A stretch of DNA of 64,000 nt, from positions 18,662,001-18,726,000 of the forward strand of contig NC_043016.1 in the NCBI RefSeq assembly GCF_006345805.1, given 5' to 3'. The notes under the pieces are model-generated. The model was given only the letters and a program-made list of their open reading frames with translations, was not told where the DNA came from and ran no database searches. This stretch comes from Octopus sinensis. Lineage: Eukaryota. The first letter of the stretch is position 1, and every line of letters begins with the position of its first letter. This document shows positions 13,051-26,104 of the stretch, one piece after another. The position numbers and the translations under genes are program-made.

Positions 13051-14364
13051 GGATGATGTACATATATATACATACATACATATATAAATATATATGTCTA
13101 TATAAATATATTCGTTTTCAGTATTAATATGTATATGTATAACTCTTTGTGATTTTTCTACTAGTCCATTATATTCTACTATACACACGTGGCCTGTTTA
13201 TTATACTTTGTGTCGACCTGTTACCACATTTTTAACAAGCCCGTTAGCTTTTACTCTTATTTTTATGTTATAGTTTACCGCACATATAGACGTGCATACA
13301 CATTGATATGTCTGTCTTTTTTTCTCTTTCGTCCCTCTTACTATAATTATTACTGTTATTTATCCCTTTTACAAATTCCTTGTAAATATCCGAGTTTTTC
13401 CCTATTAGCCATTTGTACTCTCCGTTATTGTATCATATTTTGATTTACTTTATTTTATAAAACTTTTTTTGATGTCCTTACAAAAATTCCTCACACTGAT
13501 GAAAATGACAATGCATAAATTTAATTATAATTTCTATGGTTATAATTTTTCTTACATATTTGTATTGTCCTTTGAAACGCACGTATGTATTGAATACTAT
13601 TATGTATTGAATCTAAGTTTCATTCGCAGTAAATCCGTTCAAACGGACAGCCATTCGCAGTAAATCCGTTCAAACGGACAGCCATAAACGAAAATTACTT
13701 TTTAGAAAAACTACTGCGTTGTTCTCTGAGAGACATTATAGAACTAGCATTTTAGCTTGTAAAATCAGCAAATGTATGTCGTTTAAAATTATATATATTG
13801 CAAAGAGGAGCGAGCTACATCTATCTCTAGCACTGAAGTGGAGCAGAAATAGTCCGAAACCAGGCTGATCTGTAGGTCCTGTCGCTTGAAGGTGGTAGCG
13901 GTTCACTCCGCTGCTCGCAACATCTCACATGCAGCTGTATATGGCTTCAAAATTTACAGGGACATGTAAAAAGAGGCGAGGAAGCGACTGGACTAGGCTA
14001 GAAACCCCTATCTCTAAAGCTGTGGTTACTAGGGCAACAAAACCCAGACTTTGACAGGTATTTGTCGTTTCTCCCTTTCGGATATCACCCTGTCTTCCTC
14101 GATCTCTCTCTTTCCTTCCTTTCGTTCACTTTCTCCTATAACGACGTTTGACACCTTCCACTGTCATTCCCTCTCCGCCTTCGCCGTCTCTTTGTTACTC
14201 TTTCTCCCACCACCTCTCTCACTGTATGTCTGTATCTATCGAGTGAAAGCGTTGACAGCCGCAAAAGTTTAAATATTTCGCCACAGGTCTTTTAGAACGG
14301 TGAATTATTATCGCCCACCAACACCGCACAATCATAACAGATATTATTAATCAGATATATTGTG

Positions 14365-14415
<51 letters not shown>

Positions 14416-14483
14416 AGTGTATATAAATATATATATATAATGTGTATACATATATATATATATGTGGATATATATATATATAA

Positions 14484-15201
14484 TCAATACCTATAAGCTG
14501 AAATGAGAAAAAAGTTATTTGATTTCTTGGTTGTTTGTCTCATTTTGGGATGCGAACGGTTTAAGGGGTGGTAGATGGGGTCGGATTGACGCAAAAAATT
14601 TACACTGAGGGGTAAAATGGGGTGGGCAATGGTGTGAGGAGGGTTGCAAGTCGCTCGGGGCTACTGTTTGGTTGCCATGGTGAGCAAAATGGGAAGAATT
14701 GAGTTTTATGGGACAGACAGGTTGCGCTGTTTGAATAATGGTGGCTTTTCGTGTTGCTGCAGGGGCTAGAGGCGGTTATCTTTAATCTAATCTATAAAAT
14801 GAAGAAGGCTAACGTTGATACAAATTGGATTTTTATGTAAAAAGGTGTCTAAATGGGACTGGAAGGGGATTAAAATTTAAATTTACAGGAGGGGGTAACT
14901 TCAGGTGACAAATTGATTGGGAGACGTTTTGGGGCGCTGCAGTGGTTGCTTTGCTGTGAAAACAGGGATTTTATTGATTTTTGAGGACATTAGGATGGGG
15001 GGCGGGGTCTAGATTGGACACCTTTTGCCTGATTTCAATCAAATTTTCAACATGGTAAAGTGGAAGCGGATTTGTAATTTCAGCGCGGAAAATGGGTTCG
15101 AAATTTTGAAAATTAAGGCAAGATTTAAGAAACAGAAAGAAAGCAACAGAAAATAACAACCACACCCTCACACGCGCGTAGAACGGGTCACATTAAGCTA
15201 G
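14484..15201 (+). mobile_element. Non-autonomous Helitron
   Basis: 5' TC (TCAATACCTATAA) preceded by A14483. 3' CTAG (15198-15201) followed by T, with a GC-rich degenerate hairpin (cgcgcgtagaacggg) just upstream. No TSD, as expected. Confidence 0.7.
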
Positions 15202-15419
15202 TACATCTTAATAATTCAATCTTAGTTATTAGCAAAGAAAGTTTGGAAGGGAAATGTGAGCAAATTTCCATGGATTGCTAGATAACAACGGCACCAAATC
15301 GTTTGATGCTCATCTCAAAATTTCGTAAAGAATGTCATAAGCCAAATTTCCCAGTGTTACGAGATACATTTAGATATGGCATGTTACGATTTGATATATG
15401 ATATATGAAATGATATATG

Positions 15420-15492
<73 letters not shown>

Positions 15493-16885
15493 AGTCACAG
15501 TACCATAATGCGTATATATATATATATACTGTCTATCGCTACCTGATGTCATTCACAGTATTGTTATAAATGCCGCTATTTCTACCTCATTTGATTCATG
15601 AGTGCACTTGAAGCACATCGGCTACTATTACAATCTGATTTGAAGTTGTATTGATGTGAGGTACATTTTAAAGATAACAGTTTTGGGAATAATATTTGTG
15701 GAAATATCATTCAAGAAGACAGGGTTTTTGAAATATTTTTGGGCCATTATTTATTTCCCATTACACATATTTCATTTGCTGACAGGAATCCGAAAGTGTT
15801 ACAAGTTGGATAAACATGTAAGAAATTTTTTTAATTAGCCGTTCTTCAGCACAAATTCAAGGGATTATTACATTCTGTCTGAAGAATTTCTAAAGAAATT
15901 TCTTACATGCTTATTCGTGTTCAACTTTCGGATTCCTATTAGCAAATGAATCATGTGTAATGGTTAATAGATATCCCTGTTTGTGGAAACATACAAACAC
16001 TTAAAAAGACACAAACATAGATACATACACACACACACACACACATAAAGATATAGTGGATTAATTTATATTTAGTATTAAGTACCAATGAAAATATTTA
16101 TATTGACTGTAAAATATATCATTATATTCATAGTTAAATTTAAATAATAAATTTTAAGTACGCTATTTTCATTATACCAAATGATTATACATTTATGAAT
16201 ATATAAATTGAATTTATTAATTAGTGATAATAATAATGATAAATGAATAATTTCGTAAAATGACATATTGTGATAAAATACTTTTATATTACAAGTACGT
16301 ACTTCCGGCTATTTTCCTGTAGGTAATTAATTTATAAATATATAAGCTTTGAATTACAGGGATATTTTTTTCCTCTGATAAACTAAATAATTTAGTATTT
16401 TGCTCTAGTAATAATGTTTATATAAATACAAATAAATAAATTATAACAATCATTATATATAATTATATTACAACTGTTTCTGATCATTAAATGTATGTTA
16501 AAGTATTTTTTTGTCTTATTCTTTGGATTATATATATATTTATACATAAATTTAATTCATAATAAACAGCCTTGCCCTGACTTGTACCTGGGAGGGTAAC
16601 TTCCTTGGTGCAATCCCATGGTCCGATGTAGTATGTGTGTGTGGGTGGGTGTATGAATATAACATATGGATGTGAAAGTAAAGAGATCAACACACAGACG
16701 GACTGTTACATAGGTTATATGAACAAACAAGCACACATACACAAATGAAGACCAGAATACATAGCCATATATACACACACGCAGTTTACTTCACACAAGG
16801 ACACATATGGAGACACACGTCCCCACATATGGAGATGCACATCCATACATACAAACACGGTACATAGTTGCAAAACACACACACA

Positions 16886-16916
<31 letters not shown>

Positions 16917-17287
16917 TCAGATATGCACACAGAAGGAGACAGAGGTACACACACACATACACGGGCGCGTGCACATAATAAAAACACCTGAATATGCAGA
17001 ATACATACAAATGTACACACACACATGTATACATACATACATACATACATACTTGCATGCATGTATAGGTACACACACACACACTGATTCACACACATGC
17101 GCACAAACAAACAAAAAAGAAGCCAGTGTGAGTCCAAACTATTGAAAAGGTTGCAAGACAACGAAAATTTTAGAAAAATAAAAATGAAATAAGTGGAAAT
17201 ATTACCGTTGAGTGTGCAAAATAATAAGGCACTAAAAGAAAATGACTCTCCCCAGACACAACAATATATATGTGTGTGTGTGTGCGT

Positions 17288-17672
17288 GCTAAATAGCCTG
17301 CTTACCAACCACATGGTTCCGGGTTCAGTCCCACTGCATGACGCCTTGGGCAAGTGTCTTCTACTATAACCTCGGGTCAACCAAAGCATTGTGAGTGGAT
17401 TTGGTAGACGGAAACTGAAAGAAGCCCGTCGTATATATGTATATATGTATGTGTGTATATGTTCAACATGTCTGTGTTTGTCCCCCCAACATCACTTGAC
17501 AACCAATGCTGGTGTGTTTACGTCCCTGTAACATAGCGGTTCAGCAAATGCGACCGATAGAGTAAGTATTAGGCTTACAAACAAAAAGTCCTGGGGTCCA
17601 TTTGCTCGACTAAATGCGGTGCGGCAGCATGGCCGAAGTCAAATGACTGAAACAAGTAAAAGAGTAAAGGAG
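17288..17672 (+). mobile_element. tRNA-derived SINE family A, near full length
   Basis: B-box-like GGGTTCAGTCCC, CORE-like CCTTGGGCAAGTG, internal TA/TG tract, 3' tail CAGCATGGCCGAAGTCAAATGACTGAAACAAGTAAAAGAG. Related copies at 17747, 26857, 44828 and 54414. Confidence 0.85.
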
Positions 17673-17741
<69 letters not shown>

Positions 17742-17746
17742 TATAA

Positions 17747-18048
17747 ATAGCTTCGGGCCAACCAAAGACTTGTGAGTGAATACAGGGAAACTGAAAGAAG
17801 CCCGTTATATATATATATATATATATATATACATCTTTCAAAATGTAACCATGTGTGAATCGTTGGCGATTTTCTTCTGTAAATTAGAGGTTCGGCAAAA
17901 GCGACTGATAGAATTAGTATAATTTCTTTTAAAAAAAGTACTGGGGGGGTCGATTCATTCAACTAAAAAAAGTTCAAGGCGGCACCCCAGCATGGATGTG
18001 GTCTAGTGACTGAAACACGTAAGAGATAATAGATGAAAGACAAAAGAC
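17747..18048 (+). mobile_element. SINE family A, 5'-truncated and degenerate
   Basis: Shares cgggccaaccaaag..gtgagtg..ggaaactgaaagaagcccgt and the ccccagcatgg..gactgaaac tail with the 17288 copy. Confidence 0.75.
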
Positions 18049-18063
18049 ATATATATATATATA

Positions 18064-18466
18064 CTAGCAGTATCGCCCGGCGTTGCTCGGGTTTGTAAGG
18101 GAAATAACTAATATAAGCATTTTTAGAGAGTTATAGCCAAAAAATAGCAAAAAAATGCATTAGAAATGGAAAAAAAATTATGGTAATTTTTTTAAAAAAT
18201 CGTTGACTCATCGTAGACATTTTTAGAGAGTTACTTCCCATATATAATAGCGAAAAAAATGCATTAAAATGGAAAAAAATAATGGTAAATTATTTTTAAA
18301 ATCGTAGACTCATCGTAGACGCGTGCTAATACCCAGAAGGGCTCGATATGAATCACGACTATAAGATACCCGGTTTTGGTTAAACTGCACCACAAAATGT
18401 GGGAGTAGTTAGGAATCTAAATCGTAGGAGACAGACAGCACACAACCTCACTTTTATATATAAAGA
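18064..18466 (-). mobile_element. Non-autonomous Helitron, copy A of a tandem dimer
   Basis: Minus strand begins TCTTTATATATAAAAGTGAGG and ends CCCGAGCAACGCCGGG-CGATACTG-CTAG followed by T (hairpin plus CTAG). Confidence 0.88.
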
Positions 18467-18981
18467 CTAGCAGTATCGCCCGGCGTTGCTCGGGTTTGTA
18501 AGGGAAATAACTATATAAGCATTTTTAGAGAGTTACTTCCTTTATAGATGCCAATTCGGGCTTTCTTAGCCATTTCTGTTTTGGTGTCTTCAAGCCATGA
18601 AGTCGTTGTTCTAAAAGAACGCTGGTCTCCATGACAACGCATTACGACGTTGATTTCTTTAAACTCCCTTCCCCACAGCTTCATGAGGGAGGGAAGAAGG
18701 GGGAGAAGCAAACAGGTGCAGGTGTTTGAGCGTGGACGCCAACTCCACCGCCATCGACACACGAAAAATTATGCATTAAAATGAATAAAAAATGATGTTA
18801 AATTATTTTTAAAATCGTAGACTCATCGTAGACGCGTGCTAATACCCAGAAGGGCTCGATATGAATCACGACTATAAGATACCCAGTTTTGGTTAAACTG
18901 CACCGCAAAATGTGGGAGTAGTTAGGAATCTAAATCGTAGGAGACAGACAGCACACAACCTCACTTTTATATATATAAAGA
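18467..18981 (-). mobile_element. Non-autonomous Helitron, copy B of the tandem dimer, with a different internal segment
   Basis: Same termini as copy A, with A preceding the 5' TC at 18982. The segment at about 18545-18765 is absent from copy A. Confidence 0.88.
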
Positions 18982-19204
18982 TATACACGTAATGGTACTA
19001 TTTATCACCAACGTAGACCATATATATCCGTACAACCTATTTTAGTGCAATGGAATGATTTCAGAAATTGATATTCTTGTGCAGTTGATGACTTCTAATT
19101 TTCTGTTTCGGCTATAACATTCAAGTATAATTTTTTTCATATCATACAAGGAACCAGCTATCACAAAATAAAACCAACAGTAACCAATAAAACTACAACT
19201 GCCG

Positions 19205-19205
<1 letters not shown>

Positions 19206-19236
<31 letters not shown>

Positions 19237-19239
19237 ATA

Positions 19240-19326
<87 letters not shown>
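19206..19326. repeat. (CTG)n/(CTA)n microsatellite
   Basis: Directly visible. Confidence 0.9.
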
Positions 19327-19691
19327 AATTAATATTAAAAATCGTTTCTTTATTAACCACAAAGGATCGTGGATGTTTCAGAAAGATAATGTAGGATTAC
19401 ATGAACGAGCGCGCGTAACTGTAAACAGAATAATCCCATTATGTCAGGTGAAGGGCTTAGAGCTTTCCGTCGCCCATTTTTTTCTTAGCAATTTGTCTGA
19501 CCATTTGTGTCTCGTTTTAGTTTATGGAGAAATTTTGTAAATTCTTGCAGCACCTGCAAAAGAAATACCTTTTTACATATACTTTCTGCAGCGGCGGCGG
19601 CGGCGGCGGTGGTGCGTTGGCAGAGCTCGTGTGTTTTCAAAAATTTTTCTATTTTTTGTTGTTGTTGCTGTTCTTGTTAACGTTATTGTTG

Positions 19692-19722
<31 letters not shown>

Positions 19723-20519
19723 TGGAGTTCTTCCATATATTGACGTTGACGTTGCAAGTAGAGCAAATTCTATCGCCTTGAATTTCTTGCAGCTGTCACT
19801 AGTTTGTCATTGACGTCAAGTTCTGTTGCTATAGCTCCGTTTAATTCTTTTTGGAAAGTAAAAAAAACAAAAGCAAAAAAAAAACAAACAAACAAACAAA
19901 CAAAAAAAAATGGAACATTCTTCGTTACCAATTATCATTATAGTCTACTGTTCCGATACTTTTTAAAGTATTTGAAAATTTCAATATGTTTGTTTTTTAG
20001 GTAGCTTAAATAAAATATCAACGTAACGGGAGTGTTTCTAAACAAGATAATCTACACACGATAATCTAGACAATGCTAAAGTTATAACCAAATATATCAA
20101 TGAATGGGACCTTTTATATTCAATTATTTACTTGTTATTTATGTAATTATTTTTATATAGAAATATATGCACGCATCTTTATAATGCCTCGCGTGGTAAA
20201 ATTCTTTTAAATAACATAACGTAATCTTGCTGGGCAACAAATCCTTCCACCTACTTATATCCTCCTGTGAACCCTTAAAAGTTCAATTACTTGAACTTGA
20301 CACAGACATTTGCAATTTGACATACTGCTGTGAACGTTTAAACTTGCAATTAGTGTTTAAATATTATCAACATCTACACCTAATTACACATCTGGACCAG
20401 CTAACCTTTTCACTTACCTACATTCTTTTCTGAAACCACACAAATAACCCGAGGCCCAAATCTGATACACTTAAATAGACACGCCTGATGAAAAAGGGTT
20501 TAGGTGAGTTTAATGTTAC

Positions 20520-21020
20520 AAGGTAAAATTCGGAAAATCATGTTTAAACGATCAAATGTTCAAATATTCACAGAAATTTCAATGAGTTTCACAAAGACAT
20601 ATATCCAGCCATACATCTAAAATGGCGTTCTAATCGCTCACAAGAACTAAAGAGCGAGACACCCCAAGGAAAACCTCCAAACGTCTGAAGAAATCTGGCT
20701 GCCCTGTCCCAGTTGGGACGTATACAGCGATTAGTCTGAAAGAACCACTTTCGCCGTATCCAAGACTATCAACTTACCTTTCGGCTCCAGGAAGATCGTC
20801 CGTATCTCGAGATCCAGGTTTTTCCTAAACAGCGCTGCTACCCCGCCCCCATCCCCATTCCAGGCCAACTGAAATATACATAGATCTCGAAATCGTAAAA
20901 AATGGGGGGGGGGGGCTAGATCACGTGTGTTTGAAATCCTGGTTTCGGTGATAGCTGTTACATTTATAGATAGTGACCTGAAGTAGTTGAGCAGGTAACC
21001 CTGCTGCCAAGGCAACCCCA
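20520..21020 (-). mobile_element. L1/Tx1-clade LINE endonuclease (APE) fragment
   Basis: TAITETR..GGGVAALFRK..GKLIVLD, then in a shifted frame FRLIAVYVP..FFRRLE..LVLVSD*NAILD. The adjacent 21038-21470 may be an ORF1 remnant (not confirmed). Confidence 0.75.
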
Positions 21021-21464
21021 GGCCACGAACATTTATACTACCTACTCTTAAAACCCCATGATGACAGGACAGAATTTGAAGAAGACTCTAAGGGGCGTCT
21101 ATTTATCATTCGGATGTCACTGGAGGACAGGTGGTTCAATGTCCATGAGTTGCTGGGGTCCCTCTGGGAACCCTTTAAAAGCCTACTCGTGCTCTTTGCA
21201 TTAGAAGTTACCTCATCTTGTGGGAAGATCTTCCCAATGTGTTTATATGCTTCTATAGGCATTCGCACCAACACCAATGCTTCTGGCACACAAAAGGTGC
21301 TGGTGTAAAAGATTACATCAGCTCTCTCGACATCTTTCCTTCGTGACAGGGGGTCTATTAATTTTGTATTTGACCTCATCACTTGCACGAAGTTTGGTGT
21401 TTGTGTGTTTGATTGTTGTTGAGAGTGTTTTCTTTTGGTCGGTTGTTGTAGTTGGAGAAGTGTT

Positions 21465-22625
21465 GGTGGCGACAATCGAAATCAGGAGAGGGATCTTCTA
21501 AGGATATTGCCTGTCCCCACCGATCTTTTTACTGTTCAAGATACCACTAACAATGCTTCTGAGGAAAGCAAAAGATGGGTATGTATTCAAAAGCTGCCAA
21601 TAAAATGTCAACTACTTGTTATTCATGGATGATCTCAAACTTTATGGTAAAGATGATTCCCAAGTCAGCTCCCTCGTTGAAACGGTGTATACTTTCAGTG
21701 CTGATATCGGAATAGAATTCGAACTGAAAAACTGTAGTATGTTTGTATTGAAAACAGGCAAAATCAAATGTATGGACGGGCTAGCATTGTGTAGGATGGA
21801 TGACTGCAAGGACAAGCACTTGAGAATGAATGAAACTAAAAATAGGTGGATAAAGAAAAGAATGCATGGACAATTTCATAGGGATATGAAGATAAGACAG
21901 ACTGCCTGAGAGCAAGCATTAAAAACCCAATTACATCAAATACGAAATAGACAACATATCAGAAAATAAGTGCAGAATCTGTGGACAAAATGGTTAAACC
22001 GTATGGTATATTACCAGCCAATGTACGCCACTAGCCCAGAAGGAATATAAGAGACGCTACGACAATATAACCAGGCTTATCCATTGGACACTTTGCAACA
22101 AGTATGGACTTGACAGAGCAAAAAATTGGTTCGACCACAAACCTGAAGAAAATAGAAATGCAAAGATCCTATGGGATTTTATGGTTCAGTGCGACCATGA
22201 GATAGAGAATAGGAAGCCGGACATAGTCTTAATTGAGAAAGAAATCAAACTACGTTGGATCATAGATATAGAATGCCCAGCTGACAACAAGATATGCGAT
22301 AGAAAAGTCGATAGATATGACAGGTTAGCTTGGAAGGTTAAGCAGTTGTGGTTGCTGAAAAAAGTGGTAGTAGTACCAATAATTGTCGGAGCCCTGGGAA
22401 CAGTGAGTAAAAATCTTGAGAAGTATATGGAAAAAAATAGGGGCTGCAATAAGAGTGAAGCACTTGGAGAAAGCAGTACTGCTTGGAACCGCTCGAATAC
22501 TCCGGATGTTGCTCGAAAAATGAGGGGTCTTACCTTAGTTCATTGGTAGTGAACAGCTGAAACCGTAGTACGTCTCCAGCGTTAGAAGCTGTGCAAAGAC
22601 TACAACAACAATAATAATAATAATA
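21465..22625 (+). mobile_element. R4/Dong-type (RLE) LINE, 5'-truncated and internally deleted
   Basis: RRGIF.., LLFMDDLKLYGK, MHGQFHR, degraded CRICG zinc knuckle, ILWDF..ENRKPDIV..IIDIECP, VVPIIVGALG, GTARILR. The 3'UTR ends in (AAC)/(AAT)n at 22605-22625. Confidence 0.88.
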
Positions 22626-22699
22626 AAGTTGCTTGAAACTTTCAGATGTCGAGAAATAATAATGGTGATGACGATGGTGACAAACGTTACCTTACCTCA

Positions 22700-25277
22700 T
22701 CTTACGGGAGATAGGAATTTCAGAAAAAACACTGGTTGTAACAGAGAAAATGAAGCTGGACCTTAAAGGGAAGGCCTCTCGCTCGGCAGTGGTTCGGTAA
22801 AGATGCAGACTGATCATAGCTGTCATTCTAATACAGCATCAGCAGGTAAATAGAGTAAGGAGAAGAAAATAGATCAGCGAAGAAAACAGGATGGAGATAA
22901 AGTGCTACTTATAAAGTGAACCTAAAAGAAGGGGCTATAGGAAACGAATATTAATACTTTTGGTAGAGAAGGGTGTGTCAAAAGTGACTGAGCAGAGATT
23001 AGTTGATCAAAGTAATACTATCAGGAACAGAAAGTTGATGGCAGAAATGTAGGTTGAAGAGATTATTTGAGACAGACCAGATGAGATTTTATATCCAAAT
23101 AAATAGTGGAGAACAAAGTACTGAAGATGTGAAGATGAGAAAACTAATCCAAAGGAAGCTAGAAAGTTCTGGAGTAATATTTGGGATAAACCAGTCGGTC
23201 GATAATAATGTAGATGCGGTATGGTTAAAAATAGTGAGGGAAGAAGTAATGAGTGAGAACCAGCCAGATCTAATATTGACTAGTGTATTAATAAGTAAAA
23301 TGTTATGAAAATGCAGAATTCGAAGGGCCCAGGACCAGATTTAATTCAAGGGTAATGGCTAAAGAAATTCAGTAGTTTACAAGGAGTCTGAGGGAACAAC
23401 TTCAGGATTGCCTTAATGGGGGAATAATACCAAATTGGATGACTAGAGGGAGGACAATACACGTTATGAAGGATAAGAACAAGGGTAGTACAGCTAGCAA
23501 CTATAGACCAACCACATGCTTACCATTAGTGTGGAAGCTGTTAACAGAAATGCTTTTAGAAAGCATTTACGAGCACCTTGAAACCAAAAGTTAGTACAAG
23601 AAGAACATAAAGGATGCAGGAAGAAGGCTAGAGGAAAGCATGATCTATTATATATAGACAAAGCAGTTCTAAATGAAGTAAAAGCTAGAAAAAATATCTA
23701 ACAATAGAATGGATAGATTATAGGAAAGCCTATGAAATAATCCCAAACTCATGGATGAGTGAATGTTTGAGTATATTCAGTATAGCAGACAACATAAGAG
23801 AATTAATTAGCTTTAGCATGAAGAAATGGAAAGTTGATATATACACAGGTGACACACTCTTAGGGAAAGTTGATATCAAAAGAGGAATTTTCGAAGGGGT
23901 CACGTTATCTCCTTTAATATTTGTCTAGTGTTTGATACCCCTCAGTTTAATAGGATGGTCTCAAGCCTTTTAGTAAGAATGGAGAAGACTCTTCAGCAAA
24001 GATACAGGCATAGAATTTGGCATAGATAAGTGTGCAATATTAGTCATGAGAAGGGGACAGGTAGACAATAACGAAGTCAAAACTAAATGGTCCGAAGGCT
24101 GTAAATACTTGGGAAGTGTCATCACTTAGATACTCAGCAGCTGTTGTAGATTGGACAAAAACTAATCAGCAAAGATAGACAGAACAAGGAAGGAATTCAA
24201 TATGAATGGAGGACTCCATTCAATGGTAGGAGTAGCAAGATAATACCTTCCTAGAAAGGAAGGTGGAAGAGGGTTAATATCAGTAGAAGACTGTGTGGAG
24301 TTAGATAGAGTAGATATAGACGCCTATGTAGGTAATAGTAAAAAAAAAGTTTATTAAAAGTTGCCAGAGTCACGGCAAGACACAAGGACACCGAAAATCT
24401 AAACGAAGTTAAAAACCAGAAAGAAGAACAGATATTATCTGACTGGCAGGGGAAGGCGTTGCATGGTAGAATCCCAAAGATATTTGCAACAAACAGTGGT
24501 AGTGTAACATGGTTATGGTTCGAGAAAGGAAAACTCAAGAGGAAGACAGAGAGCTTGTTAGTAGCTGCACAAGATCAAGCTTTAAGGACTAATTGGATAA
24601 AATCCAAAATAGACAAAAACCAAGTTGATTTCCAATGCAGATTATGCAAATCAAAATTGGAAAGCGTTACTCACATAATAAGTGAATGTAGCATGCTGGA
24701 TCAGAAAGAATACAAGGAATGACATGACAACCTAGGGAGAGCAAGCCACTGGGTGCTATGTAGATACGTAAGATTTGAACTTACTGATAAATGGTATGAA
24801 CATGAACCTAGTAAAGTACTAGAAAGTAAGAAATACGAGATGTGGGACTTTGACATTCTGTCTGACAGAGTAATAGAAATTAGAATGCCTGATTTGGTGG
24901 TGGTAGTGGTAGTAGTAGTAGTAGTAGTTGTAGAAAAAGAGAATAGAAAGTGCCAGGTAACTGACTTAACAGTCCCAAATGATGAAAAAAGGAGACGTTT
25001 CGAAAAGATAGCAAAGTACCAGGATCTAGCCATTGAATTACAGAAACTAAGTTCGGGTAAAATGTATCCCAGTAGTTATAGGTGCATTGGGAACTATCCC
25101 TAAAGATCTGAACAATGGATAGGGTTAATAAAAACCAATTAAGTACAGTTGCAGAAAACAGTGTTATCAGGGACGGCTAGGATACTTAGGAGGGTTCTTG
25201 GCATTTAAGGCTACTTGTAGCCTGATGTTAGGATTCTTCTCTTTTCCAACAGTCTAATCTGTTGAGTGTATATGAAA
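22700..25277 (+). mobile_element. R4/Dong-type (RLE) LINE, heavily disrupted
   Basis: KGPGPDLIQG, NYRPTTCLP, WIDYRKAYE, RGIFEGVTLSPL, AAQDQALRT, CRLCKSKLESVTHIISEC, RMPDLVV..DLTVP..EKIAKYQDL, VIGALG, GTARILRRVL. The 3'UTR runs into (TAA)n at 25277. The 5' boundary is approximate. Confidence 0.88.
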
Positions 25278-25361
25278 ATAATAATGATAATAATAATAAT
25301 AATATAATAATAATAATAATAATATAATAATAATAATATAATAATAATAATAATAATAATA

Positions 25362-25398
<37 letters not shown>

Positions 25399-25496
25399 GA
25401 CCATAATAATAATAATTAGAAGACGGAAACAAAGCAATAGCAACAATAATGACGACGATAAGGATGATGATGATGATAATGATGATGATGATGATG

Positions 25497-25531
<35 letters not shown>

Positions 25532-25546
25532 AATAATAATAATAAT
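25277..25546. repeat. (TAA)n/(TGA)n/(CAA)n compound microsatellite
   Basis: Directly visible. Confidence 0.9.
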
Positions 25547-26104
25547 TGGTATTTTGCAAGTTGTATGTCTGTTCATGTTACCTACATGCACAGAAAATGT
25601 AAATTTATAAATGCGTAAATAACGAAAAAGAACACATTGACTATATCTAACCTGGAAAGGCGATAACTATTATGTAGACCATCTTCACAAAGCTGCAGAT
25701 ACTCTGCAATTGAATTCCTTAAAGTTTCTTGTCGTTTTGGAAAATGGTAGTAATCACATTTAGAAACTGTTGTGTGTTGTATTTCATACACTTGTAATTA
25801 ACGTCACTTATAACTTTGACTTCATTACCATAGGATATTGAACTTTCACTAGGACCTGTCACCCGACGACATCAAATATATAATAGTCGATCAGTTACGG
25901 TTTTACCAAACCATTTTCTTTTCACTTTTAAATCAATCCGACATCTAACGGGAAATGATTAATTTCTGTGCAATCGAAGTACTGAATTCTTCCGAGTCAA
26001 ACAAAATCTACTACACTCGGACGATCAAAAGTGTTAACCAGTCAAATATATTTGATGTGTGTGTATGTATATATGTGCATGTGTGTGTGTGTGTGTGTGT
26101 GTAA

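Larger units (their letters stand above)
9345..13058 (-). mobile_element. CR1-group (Jockey superfamily) LINE, 5'-truncated within ORF1, disrupted ORF2
   Basis: ORF1 remnant, APE domain, RT domain, short 3'UTR and a (TAAGGAT)-type repeat tail (minus strand ..ttttaaggatttaaggatttt at 9345-9366). Flanked on both sides by TA-rich tracts. Confidence 0.92.

Noticed and set aside
13870-14045. Possible RTE 5'UTR remnant; likewise SINE-like 5721-5945 and RTE-like 48150-48260
   Set aside because: Single copies with only impressionistic similarity; not supportable without a repeat-library search.
25582-25800. Protein-like minus-strand ORF with a possible donor
   Set aside because: No polypyrimidine acceptor, a stop three codons upstream, and no recognisable family.
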